64,000 bases of DNA from Eledone cirrhosa (lineage: Eukaryota), in contig OZ024740.1 of NCBI GenBank assembly GCA_964016885.1, positions 54,994,001 through 55,058,000 on the forward strand. The letters are read 5' to 3'. Positions within the stretch are counted from its first letter, which is position 1. The number at the start of each line of letters is the position of its first letter. The translations under genes and the position numbers were made by a program. Of the stretch, positions 54,806 through 64,000 are shown piece after piece. The notes below the pieces were generated by a model. It did not search any database. It had not been told where the DNA came from and saw only the letters and a list, made by a program, of their open reading frames with translations.

Positions 54806-54965
54806 AATATTGTTTCTACTTTAGGCACAAGGTCAGCAATTTTGGAGGAGGTGGGAGTCGATTAAATTAACCCCAGTGTGCTTTATTTTATCAACCCCAT
54901 AAGGATGAAATGCAAGGCTAGCCTTGGCGGTATTTGAACTTGGAATTTAAAGGGTCGTAACTCTC
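54806..54965 (-). mobile_element. tRNA-SINE family A, decayed
   Basis: attgtttctactttaggcacaagg...ttattttatcaaccccataaggatgaaa...ggcggtatttgaact. Confidence 0.85.
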
Positions 54966-55821
54966 TGGCACAAGGAGCCACTATTACTTTTGGTGTACAG
55001 CGCATTAGAAATCCAAAACAAACGAATTACTCATCCGAAGGCTAAACCTCTTCGCTGCTGAGGACAGTGGCGGCCGCAGAGCGTAAATATATAAAATGAC
55101 GAGAGCCAAGGTTATTAAATTAAATTCATGTTTTAATATCTACGTTTGTTGCTATACAGGTGATAATGGCACAGGCTTATGTAAATATACGTGTAAAGTC
55201 AATCAGAAATATTTAATTATCAGTTATTTACTCAAGACATAATACATCTAACACCTGTATATCACTATGAATTATTAAAAGGGATTGAATTTAAGAATAT
55301 AAACAGTATCAAATATTGGACATATCTAAGCAGCACATAAAGAAGAACGCAAATGAAGTAGTGGGGATATCAAATTGTAAATTTGTTTTTTAGATTAAAC
55401 TAAACTGTACTACATATCAAATGTTAGAAGAATGTTCATTGGTAGTAGTAAAATAATATACATAGAGAGAAGAGCAAGAAGCGAAATAGTTTAGAGGCCG
55501 CAATAGAAATTATTTTTGCATTAATGGCTAGACAATAGGTAGAATTATTATTTATATTGTAAAGAGGAGCCTGAATAATAATAATATCAAGTATATTCCT
55601 GCATATTGTACTAGAGTTTAATATGCATTTATTATGGCTGTATAGTGAGCAGGTGAAAATACAAAGTTACGAGACTCACTAATTAGCCAAAATAAATGAA
55701 TACGTCTTTCTGTTTTTGAATCCCCGTGTTTGTGTTAACTCTCTCTCTCACACACTATATATATATATAAAGAGAGAGATATGAATTGATAACGTTCGCC
55801 GTAATCTTTATATTACAGAAA

Positions 55822-56014
55822 ATAATTGTTTCTACTTTTGGCACAGGGCCAGCAATTATCACAGTACATTACTGGTGCTTATTTTCTCGACCCCGTAAGA
55901 ATGAGAGGCAAAGTTAACCTCTATGGGATTTGAACTCAGACCGAAAAGGGACGTAACTCTATGCTGCGAAGCATGGCGCCGGACTCTCTACCGATACTAC
56001 CAATCCATCGCCCT
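55822..56014 (-). mobile_element. tRNA-SINE family A, full length, probable 9-bp TSD
   Basis: gaaaataat at 55818-55826 and 56015-56023. Confidence 0.9.
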
Positions 56015-56990
56015 GAAAATAATATAATTATAACAGGGGTTATGAGTCCCAGAACGGTAGAAGTGGGTATCAGCATGCATCGGAATCGAAAACAGACCTT
56101 GTATATTCGGGTTGAGTGTTCTAGACGATGACACCAACATTTTCTCCGTTAAATATCGAAGCTGTAATTTAATTGCGTCATATATAAAGAACACGTGTTT
56201 AGATGACTGTGATGGAATTTGAAAATTGAATTGAATTTTCACCGTGTTCTTTTAATACAGAAATTCGTCCAATAATAATTGGGCGTATAAGTTTCCAGAA
56301 CAGAAAGAAATGGACATCAGCATGCAAAACAATCATACATTTCTAAGAAATTTACTAATTCAATTCAATTTTAAAATTGCACCCCAGTTTTCTAAGCACG
56401 TGATGTTAACACACACATGCACACACACAAACACACACACACATACGCGCGCGCGCATACACACACACACACAGAACAGACACATAAACACAACCACACT
56501 CACACACAGATATATATATAGCTTTCTGAAGACGTGTGAAAAATAATTAAGCATTTAATATTTATCATTGAACAATATATATTGTAGTCAGCATATGTAG
56601 ACTATTATAATGGACACGGAAACATATGTTAAAGAAAAATAAATTCTAACTCTTATTCTCCTTTCTCGTGGAAGTCTGTATTTTCTGTGGTGCTATACAT
56701 GCTTATATTATACCCCCCCCCCCCCCCCCACACACACACAAACACGCACACACACATACATACACACACACACATATATATATATAAAGAGAAAGAGAAA
56801 GAGAGAAAGAGTGAGAGAGGGAAAGTGGGTTTGATAGAGACAATGAAAGAGAAACAAGGAAAATGGGAATATCTAATATGTGTGAGTAAGCTTGTACTAA
56901 TATGCTTTCTCTTGTAATTGTATAATTGTGTGTCCCTGCCTACCTGGTCATCTATCTGTCTGTTATAAATGATATATCCATATATGTGTG

Positions 56991-57063
<73 letters not shown>

Positions 57064-57502
57064 ATAAATCTGTTCCCGTGAGTGTGCCGATGTTGGTGGT
57101 TGTGGCGGTGGTAGTGTTGGGAGAATGTAATTTGCCTTGGAGCTAGATTTATGTGATGTTAGTACATATATGAACAGTAAACATTTAGTGAGCATGCTAT
57201 TATAATTTTCTCTAAAAACATGACAAAACATATTTTAAAAATAAAGAAACAATGCTTTTATATTTCGGAAAATCCAAACGAAGAAGGAAGTATGACAACA
57301 ATTATTTTATGTGGTGAATGTCACTGGTTTATACTGAACCTGTTGAAACATTCCCTGACCTCAATATAGGTGCTCAGTGATGGATATATAATCTTGGAGA
57401 TAGTCTGTGCCAGAGGCGAAATTTTCTTGCAAGATTGATTAAGATTTCTAGGCGAAAGCAAAGAATGAAAGAATGGAAGGTATGTGTCTGTTACTGTAAG
57501 TT

Positions 57503-57566
<64 letters not shown>

Positions 57567-57585
57567 TACATACATACAAAAATAC

Positions 57586-57623
<38 letters not shown>

Positions 57624-57658
57624 GTACATATATAAATACATATGTGTATATATGTATG

Positions 57659-57840
<182 letters not shown>

Positions 57841-58027
57841 CATACAAACATATATACATATATGTATAAATATGTACATATGTATTTATATATATATATT
57901 TAATATATATGTACATATATATTAAATATATATGCATACATGCATACAGATATACCATATATACATATATACATATATACATATACATATATATATATAT
58001 ACATAAATATATATATATATGTATATA

Positions 58028-58132
<105 letters not shown>

Positions 58133-58570
58133 AACACACTAACACAAACACACACACACACAGAGCCAGACACACACATATATATATATATGTCTATATA
58201 TATATATATGTATATGTATATGTATATGTATATATATATGTCTGTATGTTTATGTGTGTCTGAGGTAAGAGGGTCGGCGTGTATAATGGAGTTCAACATA
58301 TAGGGAAGAGAGAGAAGTGAAAGTGAAAGAATACGTTATAAAAGAGTGTAGAGACAGAATGCCAGTCACAACCGCAACAGATCTGTAGCGAAGTGTTCGT
58401 GAAATAAATATATTTGTTATATATATATATGTATGTGTGTGATATATATATATATATTTATAAGCAAAAGGGATATTCAATGATATTAAATATATATATA
58501 TATATATAAAAATATATATATAAATATATATATATATATACACACATATATATATATATATATGTACATA

Positions 58571-58601
<31 letters not shown>

Positions 58602-58644
58602 GTGTGTACATATATATATCTATCTATATATCTATATGTGTATA

Positions 58645-58741
<97 letters not shown>

Positions 58742-58902
58742 ATATATACACACATATATATATATATATATATATGTACATATATATATATATACATATA
58801 CATATATATATATGTGTGTACATATACATATATATATATATATACATATTTATATACATATATATATGTGTATATATATACATATTAATATATCTATATA
58901 TC

Positions 58903-58958
<56 letters not shown>

Positions 58959-58964
58959 AATATG

Positions 58965-59057
<93 letters not shown>

Positions 59058-59070
59058 ATGCACAAATGTG

Positions 59071-59104
<34 letters not shown>

Positions 59105-59749
59105 ATATATATATATCCATGTATGTGCGTGTGTGGATATGTGCGTGCCTGTATATATATACGTACATATATATATTTATCTTTATATATGAATGTATAC
59201 GTGAACACAAATAGAGAGATTAGGCAAGGGAAAGATTCGCAGTAAGTGAGAGCGGGAGATACTGTCTGAAACATAACACATAATCTGCTCTGTTATGCCC
59301 TGAAGTTCAAACGAAGGAAAGAAAAAAGTTTCTTTAATGCCTGAGGCGTGTGATGATGTATTTTCTGTTCCAGGAACACACACACAATCATACACACATA
59401 CATATGCGCATACACACAGAGACACACTGCTTTAAGAAGATCGTTTAGTCAACCTCTCATTGATGGATCGGTCAATCTTTGTTTCATTTCCAGGGAATTC
59501 TTTGATCTTTTGTAATTAATTTTCATTAGATGGAATGCTTTATCGTCCGGTTGCAAACCGGACTTGGCGCCATGCAGTGTCCTAACAACTAGGTTTCTCT
59601 TCTGCACAGCTGAAGTTCAATTTCATACTATATAAGCATTGAACCGAAAGTGACAATAATTACATAGATGTGGTGAAGGCAAAGGAATATTAGGCTATAT
59701 ATATATATCTGTCTGTGTGTGTGTTTGTGTTTGTACGTGTGTGTGTCTA

Positions 59750-59797
<48 letters not shown>

Positions 59798-59819
59798 AGT
59801 GTGTGTTTCTGTGTATATT

Positions 59820-59960
59820 TTCATAACTTTCTTATTTACGTCTTTCATATAATTGTTCTGCATCCCCTTGCATAGAACCACAAAGTTACTAAGACAAAAC
59901 ATATATATTTGCTAACATAGGTATGCATCTGTATACATATGTTGGTAGATATACTAATTC
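59820..59960 (+). mobile_element. 3' end and tail of family F3
   Basis: cttatttacgtctttcatataattgttctgcatcc...catatgttggtagatatacta matches 12444-12570. Confidence 0.85.
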
Positions 59961-59962
59961 TT

Positions 59963-60100
<138 letters not shown>

Positions 60101-60699
60101 AGTAATTATATTATTCATTCATATATATATGTTTAGCAAACCATCATAGTTGATTTTTTGGCATTATTTCTAAAATTTAAATAATCAAAATAATCATAAA
60201 ATTTACTTTGAACTTTGCAGTTCTGGTAACTAAATGTTTTATGATTCATATTTCTATCAAAGTATCTATAAGAAGATATACTTCAGTTTGCTATGTTTCT
60301 CTTCAGAGCATTTTATTATACTAACTGAAATTCACCTTCAACGTATATATGTATCAGTATTACTTCATGTGATTGATAAGTTCAATTTTTAAACTATTAA
60401 TTGATGTTTAGCAGCATGACAATATTGATAGATTTTAAACCTATGATTAAATGTCTTTCACCCATGACTATCATTTTTTTTTAGTTTTATACCGCACTAT
60501 ATTAATAATCTCCCTCCTCTTTCTGTATGACGGCAGGGAGATTAGTTGTTATTTCTAGCGGGATGAATGTCCCTATAACGGTTCCCTCATCACTCAATTT
60601 TTGTAAATTGTTAATGTAGTATATGTCTATTAATTCAAATGTTTCTCGTTGTGGTGTCATCTTAGAAATATTGCCAGTGAAAATAACATTACTAGATAT

Positions 60700-61110
60700 C
60701 TTCATTTCAAATGGCGATCGGGTTATAACTTACTAGAATAACCTAAAACAGAAATAATCGAAAATAAATTGAATCTGATCCTCTATCCCTTAATGTGGAA
60801 TAACTTAGTTATCCCAGATAAATGTATGAAGCATCCAAAATCGTAAATGATTGTAAACTGTATAAAGTTGTTTACAAAGATATTATTCCTTGCCTTTGTT
60901 AAGAGAATTCCTTTACCATTTTAACACGTTGGTCAGGCTACAGATTCTTGCAATATATTATTTTGTCTTGCATTCAATCTTAATAGATCCATAGTCAAAG
61001 GATATTGAATTTTAAACCTTTCGACTGCTGTATGGAAGGCTGTGCGCTTCCTGTCAGTGTATAGTATTTATTTAAGCCGCAAACATTGTTACGGTGGACG
61101 CCATTTTGTC
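60700..61110. promoter_or_regulatory. Possible divergent promoter region
   Basis: Oppositely oriented YY1-like motifs AAATGGCG (60709-60716) and CGCCATTTT (61099-61107), with ETS-like cttcctg between them, in a repeat-free stretch. Confidence 0.3.
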
Positions 61111-63395
61111 GAGATAGCACAACGTTTTCTATTCGTTTTCTCTTCGTTCCTTTGGGTTATTTAATTGTTTTCATGGGCAAAAGATTTTATTTTTGTGAAC
61201 GCAACAACTGATAAACAATAACAAAAGGCAGTATAAAAAAGGGAAGATTTCGTGACATTGGATTATAATCTCGATTTCATTAGTCATATTAATTTACGAA
61301 CTCTTTTGCACGGGTAAATTAAATTTAAGATGGCAATACAGCGATTGTCATTCACTTAGTGAATTTAAACAGTCTATTATACACTATTGCTTTTTTTTAT
61401 TGGAAACTGAGCTTTTATGATTACTACAACTATTTATGAACATAATAGATTTGTTGTTGTTTCCCTTTGTTTATTTATAAATCCTTAAACATTTGATATC
61501 ACAGAGAAATTGTATGAAAGAAGTAGGTTACGTTTTCGCAAATATCCGTCTTAAAGAAGGCGTTGAATATTTTAGAGAGAACACAGTGTTGTGCTGAAGG
61601 AGCTCCTTTAATGCGATTCCGCGAACAAGCCTTATTGGGACTGATTTGCAAGTGTTTTACTCTCTCGGTGCCATTTATAAGAGCAACCAATTGTATAAGA
61701 TTGAAACTGATTTGAAATACCACCAAGCTCAATATTACATTTTATTCCTCATATGTATTAATGGCATTTTATTAGAAGATCCATTTGTCTATACAGTTCT
61801 ACATCAAAATCTGACCTGATATACTTTGCACATAAATAAAGTTACTTCTCCCGTTGGCAGAAAGCCACATTTCTACAGTTGGAAATATATTAATAGTCCT
61901 GGTTTTATGAGCCACACCTATACTTCTGTTCAGAACGTTGCGACACCGTGCCATGGCATTTAGTGCAGAATTCTGAAATGATTCTAGAAAAATTTTTAGT
62001 TGTTGGTGGTGGTGTTGTTGACGTAGTTGTAGATTTGTCTGCTGTAGATCAGGTTTTTATTCTTGCCGCTTAAACCCAGGACAGTCCTACTTGAGCTAGC
62101 ATTCCAACCGCGATCAGCCTACTTTCGTTTCCAAGCAAAACGTATTATGTGCTACCTTTTCTAGCATACCATATCTATCTTTGTTAATAATGGCATTGTA
62201 GTGAGATTTGGTTGTTATTACTATCAGTTCAAGCGTCAATGTAGAAGTTGTTTCGTTGATTCAAGAGTTACTTTGTTTGTCATGAGAGGATAAAAAATAA
62301 ATGATCAAACGTGAATCAATGCGGATAAAGCTCCCAAAATACTATTGCACGTTTTCTTCTCAGTAAAAATCTAAATATTTATAAAAAAAATTATCAAATA
62401 AGGAAAATGATAAGGAAGGGAATATGTAAATAAAAGAAAGATCAAGACACCGCGAAACTCAATTCTCTCTTAACATTGCCAAATCCCGATTTTTGCTCAA
62501 GGCTATTGAACAAACTATACACACATCGTACTTCTCGCCGCTCTTTTCTAGATTTTACGGTTCATAAAAGGTATCCATGGAAAAGAATAGAACTAAGAAT
62601 TCTCTTCAAATGATGACACTTCAAAAAAAGAAGAGGAGGAAAAAAAAATATATTTATTTAAAAGCAAAGTGGTGAGGTGATTCCTGATGCATTATGTGTG
62701 TGCATATATATATATATGTGTGTGTATCGGAGGGGGGTCATTCATATTACATACAAATATACATACATATATTCATACATATATACATACATATATACAT
62801 ACAAACATATATACATGCATGTTTTAGAACAATGACATTGTCTTGTAGAAAAGAGGAAAATACAGTTGATTATATCACTCCTGTATATTTTTAACTAATT
62901 AGGTATTTTGAAGAAGAGAGATAGAAATATTAGATGAAGTGAAACTTATAGGGGGTTCGAAACCAGAAGGTAAAAGATGGAGAGCCTAGACACTGTGCAG
63001 GCCATAAATTAGTATGAGCATGAGAGGTTTGTGTGATGTTCATGCGTTTATTTACTTATTTTATATTTTTCAAGAGGTTTACAATATAAACGGAGTGATA
63101 TGATTTCAGACATGAAAGCTCAAACATAGAAAAGTGAAAGAGAGATTGTATATGGAGAGAAGGAAAAAGTTGACATTGGTGCATTCTCCCTCAGGGCATT
63201 TCTGACGATAGGGAAATTGTTCCAAACGGAAGCCGTAACCGGGTCGTTGCCTTCAGTGTCTACTAAGAATTGAAGTTGAAGTTACTACTACTAATACAAC
63301 CATTGCTGGTCAAGTTAATTAAATTACTAATATTACTGTTACACTTACTCTTGGCGTTGCTGCTGCTGGGGATGCTACTACTTTACAATTTACTT

Positions 63396-63445
<50 letters not shown>

Positions 63446-63486
63446 GTGATGCTGCTAATAATAATAATGATGATGATAATGATAAT

Positions 63487-63545
63487 AATTGTTTCAACTT
63501 TAGGCATAGGGCCAGCAATTATGGGGGAGGGGGCCGTTGATTAAA
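63487..63545 (-). mobile_element. tRNA-SINE family A 3' fragment
   Basis: aattgtttcaactttaggcatagggccagcaatt following an (ATA/ATG)n tail. Confidence 0.75.
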
Positions 63546-63578
63546 TAATAAACGATGACCACGACCAAGATAACGATT

Positions 63579-63641
<63 letters not shown>

Positions 63642-64000
63642 TGCGTTATTTTTGTTCTCATTGTAATGGCAATAGGAAATCTTGTTCTTATTAAGCCTCT
63701 ACTTTCTCTCTCTCAGTTACACTAGCTCTGTTTCTCTCTCTCCCTCCCTCACACACACACACATTCGCTCTACCTCCCTCACACATACACTCTCTCCCAC
63801 TCCCTCCCTCACACACACACACTCTCTCTCTCTCACTCTCTCTCTCATCTTCTTTCTTTCTCACTCTTGGTATGTTTGTCGATTATGCGCTTCATTAGAG
63901 TTTTGTTTCATGTATTTTATAATATTATACATACATACAGACACACATACAGACACACATACACCCATATATATATATAACGAGAGAAATAGAAAGAGAG

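Noticed and set aside
61505-61820. ~100-codon + strand frame with a single in-frame TGA after Cys (selenoprotein idea)
   Set aside because: No recognisable homology and no SECIS identified by eye; compatible with chance.

Overview
AT-rich, microsatellite-saturated animal genomic DNA. The SINE sequences and the (TA)n/(CA)n density suggest an octopus/cephalopod, which is inference. Nearly all ORFs in the supplied track are microsatellite artefacts. (1) The main signal is a dense set of short non-coding retroelements from about ten apparently distinct families, sitting in (TA)n tracts. At 15 loci (17 motifs counting mirror copies) they carry type I hammerhead-ribozyme (HHR) folds: stem I-CUGANGA-stem II-GAAA-palindromic loop 3-UH-stem I. 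They occur either as head-to-head fold-backs, with both 3' ends facing out and one arm carrying an extra tail, or as 1.5-unit direct tandems with 475-nt and 660-nt units. They are best read as Penelope-like-element (PLE) pseudo-LTR derivatives or retrozymes. Two families, possibly three, carry a compensatory U3:A8 core, and several have U10.1-U11.1. (2) There are decayed LINEs: an L1/Tx1-like family (RT fragment, CCHC zinc finger), an RTE copy with a twin-priming-type 5' inversion, and an internally deleted RTE. (3) About ten tRNA-derived SINE copies are present, three with clear target-site duplications (TSDs). (4) A spliced minus-strand candidate gene at 1058-1671, missed by the ORF track, encodes signal peptide, propeptide, RNKKR and a Cys-rich mature peptide, with one frameshift. 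(5) Two promoter-like motif clusters are present. All structures were derived by eye; nothing was run.
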